DNA of 64,000 nucleotides from Gammaproteobacteria bacterium (GTDB lineage Bacteria; Pseudomonadota; Gammaproteobacteria; UBA6186; Azoamicaceae): NCBI GenBank assembly GCA_013288135.1, contig JABDCL010000004.1, positions 19,949 to 83,948 of the forward strand, read 5' to 3'. Shown piece by piece: positions 56,568 to 64,000 of this stretch (position 1 is its first letter; each line of letters starts with the position of its first letter). The notes under the pieces were generated by a model. It saw only the letters and a program-made list of their open reading frames with translations, ran no database searches and was not told where the DNA came from. The position numbers and the translations under genes were made by a program.

Positions 56568-56669
56568 GAGGGGGTCAAGTCTTTTTTCAGGACACCCCTT
56601 CTTGTAAAAAACAAAAATAATGTGGATAACCTAAAAGAAGGGGTGTCCAAAATCCAGACTTGACCCCTC
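56568..56669. mobile_element. 102-bp MITE (GGGGTCAAGTC family)
   Basis: GAGGGGTCAAGTCTTTTTTCAGGACACCCCTTCTT ... AAGAAGGGGTGTCCAAAATCCAGACTTGACCCCTC, lying between the fadJ start and the fadI stop. Confidence 0.85.
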
Positions 56670-56673
56670 AACT

Positions 56674-56700
56674 GGGCCGGCACGGGGACCGGCCCCTACA
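56674..56700 (+). repeat. GC-rich REP hairpin GGGCCGGCACGGGGACCGGCCCCTACA
   Basis: Identical to the 4455 copy. Its CTA (56696..56698) is the fadI stop codon. Confidence 0.9.
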
Positions 56701-58003
56701 TACGCTCCAACAACATTGCACCACCCTGTCCCCCACCAATACATAAACTCGCAATCCCTCGTTTAGCATTGTGACGCTTTAAAACCTGTAATAAATGTAA
56801 AACCAAACGCGCACCACTGGCACCCACTGGATGTCCCACTGCAATAGCACCACCATCCACATTAAGCCGTTTAATATCAATTGTTCCTAAAGCATGAGAC
56901 AATCCTAATCGAGTTTGACAATAGTCTTGATCATTCATCGCTTTTAAACAGGCTAATACCTGAACAGCAAATGCTTCATTTATTTCCCAGTAATCAATAT
57001 CTTGAATCGATAATTGCTGTGCGGATAATAACTTGGTGATGGCATGAACAGGCCCTAATCCCATCACTGCAGGATCCAATGCAGCCCAGGTAGTCTCTAC
57101 TATTTTACCTAAAACAGTTAAATTATAGCGCTTGACTGCTGCTTCACTGGCTAAAATTAAAAAAGCTGCGCCATCGGTTACTGGCGAGCTATTACCGGCC
57201 GTCACATTGCCAAAAGGTTTATCAAATGCAGGTTTTAATTTGGCCAATTTTTCAAGACTTGAATCAAGCCTGACACCATTATCAAATTCTACAATACCTC
57301 CCTGCCAGTCACACAGGGGAGTAATTTCATTAAAATAGCCCTGCTCTTGAGCAAATAACGCTCGCTCATGACTAGAAAGCGCTAAAGCATCCATTTCTTC
57401 TCGACTGATGTTAAACTGATAGCCAAGGTTCTCTGCCGTTTGACCCATGGATAAATTTACATAAGGATCCGTTAATCCTTTTAAAAGACCAATGACAGGG
57501 ATTATAAATTGGGGCCGAAATTGCATTAATGCTTTTATTTTTTTAAAAAAAGTTCTACTCATTTTAAAATTGGCGAGCCACTCCACCATTGCATCGTTAA
57601 AGATCAAGGGCGCTCGACTCATGCATTCGGTTCCCCCTGCTAAAACAATATCATGACGCCCCGAAGCAATATCCTGACTAGCGCAATCTATCGCTTGCAA
57701 ACCTGATGCACAATTCCTTTGTACTGTCCAACCCAAACACTTGTCGCCACATCCTAATCTTAAGGCAATCAGACGAGCAATATTCATTTCATCGGGTGCA
57801 GGAGATGCACATCCGACAATGACTTCTTCGATAACTTCTGGTTTAAAAGATTGTCTTGCTAAAAGCACTCGTGCAGCCGTTACCGCCAAATCAGAAGCAG
57901 AAAGAGGATTTGGGCCTCCTTGCACCTTTATAAATGGCGTTCTTAATCCATCAACAATATAGACAGTGTTTTTTGTTTTATAATTCGCCATTTGAAAATT
58001 CAT
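56696..58003 (-). CDS. fadI: 3-ketoacyl-CoA thiolase, FadI-like
   Basis: 435-aa thiolase (VQRNCASGL, NEAFAVQ, GHPVGASG, CIGGGQG) upstream of fadJ. Confidence 0.8.
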   Translation of the reverse strand: MNFQMANYKTKNTVYIVDGLRTPFIKVQGGPNPLSASDLAVTAARVLLARQSFKPEVIEEVIVGCASPAPDEMNIARLIALRLGCGDKCLGWTVQRNCASGLQAIDCASQDIASGRHDIVLAGGTECMSRAPLIFNDAMVEWLANFKMSRTFFKKIKALMQFRPQFIIPVIGLLKGLTDPYVNLSMGQTAENLGYQFNISREEMDALALSSHERALFAQEQGYFNEITPLCDWQGGIVEFDNGVRLDSSLEKLAKLKPAFDKPFGNVTAGNSSPVTDGAAFLILASEAAVKRYNLTVLGKIVETTWAALDPAVMGLGPVHAITKLLSAQQLSIQDIDYWEINEAFAVQVLACLKAMNDQDYCQTRLGLSHALGTIDIKRLNVDGGAIAVGHPVGASGARLVLHLLQVLKRHNAKRGIASLCIGGGQGGAMLLERM

Positions 58004-60278
58004 CCACTTGAATAACTTTTTTTCGTACTAACTCAAATTGCTGTATGAGACGAATTTCCTGTTCGGTCAAAATTCCTTTTTTTTGTGCAAGACTAAGTTT
58101 CATCCCTAAATCTAAACCTTTTGGCATCTCACTTTGCTTAAAAGCTTCATCTAGCTTCGTTAACAAGGGCTCTACAGCTATCATTTGTGTTAAAGCATCT
58201 TCTAAATTTGCCAGAGGCTGTTCTTCATTGGTACCAAGATAAACATGCTGCGTCAAGCGATCTCTTAAATTTGACGGTGACATCATTCCCTCAGCTATTT
58301 TGTGATCCAATGAATCCCTTGGCATGGCATAGGCTCGTCCAAATGGAAAAACCAACTCACGTAACAGATAGCTAATGAAGGAACTGCCAAAATTTCGAAA
58401 AAAATCTAAAAAAGCTTCTTGGACACGGTATAGACACATCTTTAAGGCCCATTCAGCATGATGCTTATCCGTTTTCTTTTCTCCAAAATCTTTGTAATAC
58501 TTTAACACAGCAGAAGCCAAAAACAAATAACTTAAAACATCCCCTAAACGCGCAGACAAACGTTCTCGTCTTTTTAATTTACCCCCAAAAATCATTAATG
58601 TATAATCTGCAATCACCGATAAAGCAAGACTCATTCGACCTATTTGACGATAATATTTTTTCAAATCAATATACTTATCTGAAAAGTTGTGGTTTTCTTT
58701 AGGCGCTAAACAAAATAATCCCCCCGTTAAAGAATGAAAGATTAAACGCAGAGTATTCGAGAGGGTGTAACCCATATGTGCAACAATAACTTGATCAAAT
58801 TTTTTTAATCCTTCTTTCATGTTTTTGTCAGTTGCCGCATTAATTTCTAATTGAATATAAGGATGACAACGTATCGCTCCTTGACCAAATATGATTAAAT
58901 TTCGAGTTAAAATATTTGCACCTTCAACTGTAATGCTAATGGGTAAACTCTCATAACCACGACCTAAATAATTTTTAGGACCCAGCATAATGGCTTTGCC
59001 CCCATGAATATCCATGGCATCCAGAACAACAATACGACTCATCTCAGTCATATGATATTTGGCAATGGCGGTAGCAATAGAAGGTCGAACATGTTGATCA
59101 ATCCCGGAGAGTACAAATAACCTCGTCGCTTCTAAAAGATAGGTATACCCCGCAATGCGTGCCATCACTGCTTCAACCCCCTCAAAATGTCCAATTGAGG
59201 TTTTGAATTGCTTGCGAATACGTGTATATGCTCCTGCCGATCGATAAGCGACTTTTGCCGCAGCAGCGCTAACAGCAGGTAATGATATTCCTCGACCTGC
59301 AGATAAACATTCCACTAACATCCGCCATCCCAAACCCGCCATTTTCGGGCCCCCGATAATGTAATCTAACGGAACAAAAACATCCTTCCCTCGCGTAGGC
59401 CCATTCATAAAATATTGATCTAAAGGTAAATGACGTTTGCCAATCTCAATGCCAGGCAAATGTGTTGGAAGTAAACAAACTGTAATGCCCAATGATTTCT
59501 CTGTTCCCAGTAAACCATCAGGATCGTACAGTTTAAAAGCAAGTCCCAACACAGTGGCAACCGGCGCAAGCGTGATATACCGTTTATCCCAGGTTAAACG
59601 CATGCCAAGAATTTCCTTACCCTGAAATTCTCCGCGTGCAACAATTCCAACATCCGGAATTGCACTGGCATCACTCCCTGCTTCTGGACCTGTTAAAGCA
59701 AAACAAGGAATTTCCTCTCCTATCGCTAATTTTGGAAGATAATGGTTCTTTTGATCTTCTGTCCCATACGCTAATAATAACTCCGCAGGTCCTAAAGAAT
59801 TGGGTACCATCGTTGTTATTGCTGCCGCTAAACTTTTAGTTGCAATTTTCTGTACAATGGTTGAATTCGCCAATGCACTAAATTCCAATCCTCCATATTT
59901 TTTAGGGATGATCATTCCAAAAAACCGCTCCTGTTTTAAATAGGCCCAAGCCTTAGGAGATAAGTCCTTATCAATATGTGCAATTTTCCAATCGTCAATC
60001 AAACCACACAGCGTTTCAACTTGATGATTAATAAAATCCAATTCTTCCTGGGAAAGAGTTGGTTTAGGAATAGAATGTAATTTTCCCCAATCAGGGCGCC
60101 CTTGAAATAAATTTCCCTCCCACCAAATATCCCCTGCCGCCAGCGCTTCTTTTTCAGTGGTGCTCATATGCGGTAAAGACTTTTTAAGGATCCAAAATAA
60201 AGGGCGAGCAAAACAATTTTGTCGAATAAAAATAAGCGTCGAATATACCGCTCCTAATACCAATCTTAAGAAATCCAT
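57978..60278 (-). CDS. fadE: Acyl-CoA dehydrogenase, FadE type
   Basis: MSTTEKEALAAGDIWWEGNLFQGRPDW is collinear with E. coli FadE. ATG 60278 has AAGGAGAG 7 nt upstream. The track ORF starts at 60335. Confidence 0.85.
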   Translation of the reverse strand: MDFLRLVLGAVYSTLIFIRQNCFARPLFWILKKSLPHMSTTEKEALAAGDIWWEGNLFQGRPDWGKLHSIPKPTLSQEELDFINHQVETLCGLIDDWKIAHIDKDLSPKAWAYLKQERFFGMIIPKKYGGLEFSALANSTIVQKIATKSLAAAITTMVPNSLGPAELLLAYGTEDQKNHYLPKLAIGEEIPCFALTGPEAGSDASAIPDVGIVARGEFQGKEILGMRLTWDKRYITLAPVATVLGLAFKLYDPDGLLGTEKSLGITVCLLPTHLPGIEIGKRHLPLDQYFMNGPTRGKDVFVPLDYIIGGPKMAGLGWRMLVECLSAGRGISLPAVSAAAAKVAYRSAGAYTRIRKQFKTSIGHFEGVEAVMARIAGYTYLLEATRLFVLSGIDQHVRPSIATAIAKYHMTEMSRIVVLDAMDIHGGKAIMLGPKNYLGRGYESLPISITVEGANILTRNLIIFGQGAIRCHPYIQLEINAATDKNMKEGLKKFDQVIVAHMGYTLSNTLRLIFHSLTGGLFCLAPKENHNFSDKYIDLKKYYRQIGRMSLALSVIADYTLMIFGGKLKRRERLSARLGDVLSYLFLASAVLKYYKDFGEKKTDKHHAEWALKMCLYRVQEAFLDFFRNFGSSFISYLLRELVFPFGRAYAMPRDSLDHKIAEGMMSPSNLRDRLTQHVYLGTNEEQPLANLEDALTQMIAVEPLLTKLDEAFKQSEMPKGLDLGMKLSLAQKKGILTEQEIRLIQQFELVRKKVIQVDEFSNGEL

Positions 60279-60508
60279 TTGCGGCTCTCCTTTAATTTTT
60301 GGGCGGGGACTAGCCCCGTTTCTACAATATTTCATTGGGCAGGAACAACAGGGGCCCCCTCACCCTTAAGATATTTCATTTATTCAGTATAAGAGATAAT
60401 ACACTGAACTTATTACTTGGAAGTTTAAATACTTATAAATACTTAGCAAAAATATTATTTAGCTGTTAAACTTGATAATATAAGGATAAAGTTTCAACTA
60501 TAGGTTCA

Positions 60509-60820
60509 ATGGGGTGTTGTATGATACGTGCACATGAATCACCAATTATTGGAAATTGGTATGCTGATTTAGACCATACTGAGAACACTTTTGAAATTGT
60601 GGCTGAGGATGAAGAAGCCGGAAATATTGAAATTCAATATTTTTCAGGAGAAATTGAAGAATTGGATATGGAAACTTGGTATGGAATGCATATTGCGGCA
60701 ATTCCACCCCCGAAGGACTGGTCTGGGCCTTTTGAAATTGATAAAGATGAATTCCTAGATCAAACCGATGAGACTATACACCCAATCAACTGGTCGGGTC
60801 CCTTTAACAACATAGATTAA
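60509..60820 (+). CDS. Hypothetical small acidic protein
   Basis: 103-aa ORF with an internal duplication DWSGPFEID / NWSGPFNNID. The start may be the M at codon 5. Confidence 0.5.
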   Translation: MGCCMIRAHESPIIGNWYADLDHTENTFEIVAEDEEAGNIEIQYFSGEIEELDMETWYGMHIAAIPPPKDWSGPFEIDKDEFLDQTDETIHPINWSGPFNNID

Positions 60821-60853
60821 TATAGAATAAAAACAACCATTTATTTTCCCAGT

Positions 60854-60869
60854 CTGGACAACAGCACAG
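60854..60869. promoter_or_regulatory. Candidate LexA (SOS) box CTGGACAACAGCACAG
   Basis: Fits CTGT-N8-ACAG with one mismatch, 45-60 nt upstream of the lexA-like start. Confidence 0.4.
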
Positions 60870-60913
60870 CTCTCATGTAAGATAATCTTTAAAGACTCTA
60901 TATAGGAAGTTTT

Positions 60914-61465
60914 ATGACAAAACTAACTAAGCGCCAAAGTGAAGTTTTAAATCTTATTCAAATCCATATGGAAAAAACAGGTTCTCCGCCAACTCGCGCA
61001 GAGATAGCAAAGACCATGGGATTTCGTTCACCCAATGCAGCTGAAGATCATTTAAGAGCTTTAGCCAAAAAAGGTGTTATTGAGTTAATTGCTGGAACTT
61101 CTCGCGGTATTCGATTAATCCAACAAGTTGGCATTCCTGTTCTTTCTGCAGCGGATGAGCTTCAATCTATTGAAAGTGATAGTGATGCTGAACCTCATTG
61201 TCGGGTAGAACGCACCTTGTTTCAACCCAGCATTGATTTTTTTGTGAGAATTAAAAATCAAAATCTTAAAGACATGGGTATCTTGGAAGGCGATTACTTA
61301 GCAGTCCATCGCAGTAATCACGCAGAAAAAGGTCAAGTGGTTGTTTTAAAAGTGGAAGGTGAACTCATTCCTAAACGTTTTTCACCAGACAATCAAACAA
61401 GTCAAATCCTAGAGGGAATTGGGGTTGGTGTTATTCGCCCCTTACTTACCCCTTCTTTACCATGA
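60914..61465 (+). CDS. lexA: LexA-like repressor with degenerate (probably non-cleaving) S24 domain
   Basis: The N-terminal wHTH is near-collinear with E. coli LexA ([27 protein letters not shown]). The GMSMKD Ser is replaced (NQNLKD), VAAG becomes SAAD, and about 24 aa are missing near the C-terminus. Confidence 0.75.
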   Translation: MTKLTKRQSEVLNLIQIHMEKTGSPPTRAEIAKTMGFRSPNAAEDHLRALAKKGVIELIAGTSRGIRLIQQVGIPVLSAADELQSIESDSDAEPHCRVERTLFQPSIDFFVRIKNQNLKDMGILEGDYLAVHRSNHAEKGQVVVLKVEGELIPKRFSPDNQTSQILEGIGVGVIRPLLTPSLP

Positions 61466-62658
61466 AAGAATGTCCAAAACGCGTTATTGTTGGGCTTTCA
61501 GGAGGGGTAGATTCTTCAGTCTCTTTACTTCTTTTAAAAAACCAGGGGTATGCTGTAGAAGCGCTTTTCATGAAAAATTGGGAAGAAGACGACACCGATA
61601 CCTATTGTGCCGCGTCAAATGATCTTGCAGATGCAAAAGCCGTGTGTGAGTCATTGGGAATAAAACTTCATACCGTGAATTTTGCAAAAGAATATTGGGA
61701 TACGGTTTTTGAACATTTTTTAACAGAATTTAAACTCGGGCGAACGCCTAATCCTGACATCCTTTGTAACCGAGAAATTAAATTTAAAGCATTTTTAAAT
61801 TATGCTTTATCATTGGGTGCAGATTATATTGCAACAGGTCATTATGTTGCTAAAGAATTTAAAAATCCAAATTATCATCTTTCCAAAGCCAAAGATTCTG
61901 AAAAAGATCAAAGTTATTTTTTATATACACTGACACAATCTGTTTTATCCAGAGTTTTATTTCCGCTCGGAAGCTTAGATAAAAAAACAGTACGGGGCAT
62001 TGCTAAAGAAGCTGGATTTATTAATCATAATAAAAAAGACAGTACGGGGCTTTGTTTTGTCGGAGAAAGAAAATTCAAAACTTTTTTAAACCGTTACTTG
62101 CCCGCCAAACCTGGAAACATTGAAACACCCACAGGAAAAATTATAGGGAAACATGAAGGTCTTATGTATTATACCTTAGGGCAAAGACAAGGATTAGGGA
62201 TTGGGGGTCAACGCGACAGTGCCAACAATCCTTGGTATGTTGTAGACAAAGATTTGGACCGCAATAGACTAATTGTTGTGCAAGATAAAGATAATCCTTT
62301 ATTATTTAAAGATTCTTTGACTGCTAAAGATTTGCATTGGATTGGGGGAAGCCCTCCCCCGTCGTCGAGCGGTTTTTGGAATATTTTTTTGGCAAAGGAG
62401 AGGTGTTTGAGCGCGCAGCGCGAGTTTAGCGACTGCAGCCAAAGAAATATTCCAAAAACCGCTCATACCACTTTTACATGTGCTGCAAAAATACGGTACA
62501 GACAAAAAGAACAACCCTGTGAAGTGATTTTGGAAAACACTGAAAATTCTAATCAATGTTTTGTTAAATTTACAACTCCCCAACGGGCAATTACGCCTGG
62601 TCAAGCAATCGTTTTTTATTCTGATAATATCTGTTTAGGCGGAGGAACTATACTATGA
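61462..62658 (+). CDS. mnmA: tRNA 2-thiouridine(34) synthase, carrying an in-frame palindromic insertion
   Basis: PP-loop [11 protein letters not shown], plus NPDILCN and KDQSYFL motifs. There are about 34 extra residues between LHW and CAAKIRYRQ. Confidence 0.9.
   Translation: MKECPKRVIVGLSGGVDSSVSLLLLKNQGYAVEALFMKNWEEDDTDTYCAASNDLADAKAVCESLGIKLHTVNFAKEYWDTVFEHFLTEFKLGRTPNPDILCNREIKFKAFLNYALSLGADYIATGHYVAKEFKNPNYHLSKAKDSEKDQSYFLYTLTQSVLSRVLFPLGSLDKKTVRGIAKEAGFINHNKKDSTGLCFVGERKFKTFLNRYLPAKPGNIETPTGKIIGKHEGLMYYTLGQRQGLGIGGQRDSANNPWYVVDKDLDRNRLIVVQDKDNPLLFKDSLTAKDLHWIGGSPPPSSSGFWNIFLAKERCLSAQREFSDCSQRNIPKTAHTTFTCAAKIRYRQKEQPCEVILENTENSNQCFVKFTTPQRAITPGQAIVFYSDNICLGGGTIL
62367..62464. mobile_element. 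98-bp palindromic element inserted in frame in mnmA
   Basis: Arms GAGCGGTTTTTGGAATATTTTTTTGGC (62367..62393) and GCCAAAGAAATATTCCAAAAACCGCTC (62438..62464). Encodes [33 protein letters not shown]. Confidence 0.8.
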
Positions 62659-63299
62659 CATTAAATCCCCTTGAAAATCGAACTCTGGCGTTAGCAGGCA
62701 TTTTCCAAGTAGCAAGCCTCGTTAAACAGCTTGCAAAAACAGGACGCATAGAAGAACGTTATTTTAAAACCAGTGTAGAATCTTTATTTGAAGTGGATGC
62801 AGAAACCGTACCAGAAGTCTTTGGTGGCATTCAACCTGTTCAATTAGGGCTTCACGAACTCATTCGTCTTTTAACGAATACTAAAGAACCCAAAGATACT
62901 GAAATCGCACGTTATGTGTTATCACTTCTTCACTTGGAACGAAAATTAGCAAAACACCCCACCATGTTTAAAGTGATCCGTGCAGGTATCGAGCGAGCAA
63001 AAACACAATCCCTACATTTTTCAACTATGCATGAAAATGTAATGGCCAACCTTGCTGGGGTTTACGCGGATACTCTCAGTACTTTCAATTTTAGGATCCA
63101 TGTCGCAGGTGAAGCTGTTTATTTAAATCAAACTTTTAATTTAAACAAAATCCGTACACTTTTATTAGCGGGCATCCGCGCTGCTGTACTTTGGCAACAA
63201 TTAGGCGGTCGACGCTGGCAATTGCTTATTTTTAGATCAAGCATTTTACAAACCGCTAAAACCTTGCTCACGAAACAAGAACAAGAGGTAGTCACATAG
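62655..63299 (+). CDS. hflD: High-frequency-of-lysogenization protein HflD
   Basis: N-terminus [13 protein letters not shown], a 214-aa helical protein. Synteny mnmA-hflD. Confidence 0.8.
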   Translation: MTLNPLENRTLALAGIFQVASLVKQLAKTGRIEERYFKTSVESLFEVDAETVPEVFGGIQPVQLGLHELIRLLTNTKEPKDTEIARYVLSLLHLERKLAKHPTMFKVIRAGIERAKTQSLHFSTMHENVMANLAGVYADTLSTFNFRIHVAGEAVYLNQTFNLNKIRTLLLAGIRAAVLWQQLGGRRWQLLIFRSSILQTAKTLLTKQEQEVVT

Positions 63300-63424
63300 A
63301 AGGTGAGCCCCTTCAATCGTATATACACGAATTATAAGTTATTTTAATTAAATTAGTTGAAAAAATAACTACGGCATGGTATGATTTTCTTGTTTAATAA
63401 AACTTAACATAGAGGAGATAAAAC

Positions 63425-63529
63425 ATGGCAGCTATATTAATATCACATACAGCAAAAAAACAAAAACCAAACCCGAAACCAACTCACGAAAAAATCAATG
63501 GCGACGCAAAAAGACGGAAAGTGAGTTAA
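63425..63529 (+). CDS. Possible 34-aa basic peptide
   Basis: Own reading: GAGGAGA 7 nt upstream of the ATG, sequence MAAILISHTAKKQKPNPKPTHEKINGDAKRRKVS*, followed by a hairpin at 63539..63559. Confidence 0.3.
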   Translation: MAAILISHTAKKQKPNPKPTHEKINGDAKRRKVS

Positions 63530-63538
63530 TAATCAAGT

Positions 63539-63559
63539 GGGTCGACACCAGGTCGACCC
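63539..63559. repeat. REP-variant hairpin GGGTCGAC-ACCAG-GTCGACCC
   Basis: 8-bp GC-rich stem between two convergent ORF ends. Confidence 0.6.
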
Positions 63560-63568
63560 TCGATCGCA

Positions 63569-64000
63569 TCAAAGAGGAAGTCTAGCTCTTCCTGTTGTAA
63601 GGCTTAACTCTGCTGCTGCTATAGCTTCCTTAAGTGCCAGAGCTTCGTTTCGGCAATTTCTGTATGTTGGATCTTCTGAATCTGTATAAGTATTCAACAA
63701 ATCATCAAATTTCTTATCACGTTTTACAATGCCTTCCCTTAATAAATATACTATTACATCATGATATGATGTATCTCTAATTCTACGGGGCTTCGTAATC
63801 AAACGATACAATATTTCTTCTTCAGCTATGATCTTGTCCCACTTCTCTCTTCCTACACTATAAATAATTCTTATTGCTTCAAAATTTTTCATCTGACAAG
63901 CCGCAAACAACGCGGATGATCCCGTTTCCTCAGTACCAAAGCTTCCTCCAATACTTCTCTCTGTATTTTTAAAAAAAATAGTTGATTTTTGTGATAACGC
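63569..64000 (-). CDS. Hypothetical protein, 5' end outside the window (possibly ANK-like at its N-terminal side)
   Basis: The frame of ORF 63569..63910 stays open upstream to base 64000 (ALSQKSTIFFKNTERSIGGSFGTEETGSSALFAACQ...). Confidence 0.55.
   Translation of the reverse strand, partial: ALSQKSTIFFKNTERSIGGSFGTEETGSSALFAACQMKNFEAIRIIYSVGREKWDKIIAEEEILYRLITKPRRIRDTSYHDVIVYLLREGIVKRDKKFDDLLNTYTDSEDPTYRNCRNEALALKEAIAAAELSLTTGRARLPL

Noticed and set aside
61419-61622. ORF 61419..61622(+) spanning the lexA/mnmA junction
   Set aside because: It is out of frame with both well-supported genes and has a basic junk-like composition.
1-64000. Looked for rRNA, tRNA, tmRNA-like cloverleafs, CRISPR arrays, integrase or att-like tRNA-adjacent islands, and secretion-system genes
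   Set aside because: None was recognised by eye. A covariance-model scan (tRNAscan or Infernal) would be needed to exclude small RNAs in the larger spacers (4270..4760, 6800..7300, 46964..47240, 49266..49512).

Overview
AT-rich gammaproteobacterial chromosome segment, mostly transcribed on the minus strand. The conserved housekeeping blocks are pncB-nadE, DUF47-pit, adk-thioredoxin-hemH, rlmD-relA, lepA-lepB-rnc-era-recO-acpS, rpoE, sdhE-ygfX with divergent ygfZ, prfB-lysS, a fadE-fadI-fadJ cluster with a second dehydrogenase/thiolase pair, and lexA-like-mnmA-hflD. Accessory islands interrupt these blocks. They encode eukaryote-like repeat proteins (LRR, Sel1-like, ankyrin), a Fic remnant, an Inc-like membrane protein, a stand-alone AAA+/PD-(D/E)xK ATPase and one IS4-family IS. 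This mix suggests a Legionellales/Coxiellaceae-type intracellular bacterium, which is inference only. No rRNA, tRNA or CRISPR array was recognised. Main observations: (1) two ~665-aa paralogs, and more distantly the Sel1-repeat protein, end in a module laid out like a HicA mRNA-interferase toxin, with no HicB partner. (2) At least five families of small palindromic elements are present: a GC-rich REP hairpin, a GGGGTCAAGTC MITE, a GGTGTCAAATCTTGACATTGGACA MITE, a poly-G palindrome and one single-copy palindrome. Some sit in frame inside fadJ and mnmA, some supply stop codons and C-terminal residues to several genes, and two copies abut start codons with an identical SD+ATG junction. (3) The LexA-like repressor has an intact DNA-binding domain but lacks the catalytic Ser, the Ala-Gly cleavage site and part of the C-terminal domain. 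(4) ygfZ is frameshifted. (5) The Sel1 gene sits where rseABC would follow rpoE. (6) An Inc-like gene is bracketed by IS-end-like motifs. All functional calls rest on motif recognition by eye and no database search was possible.
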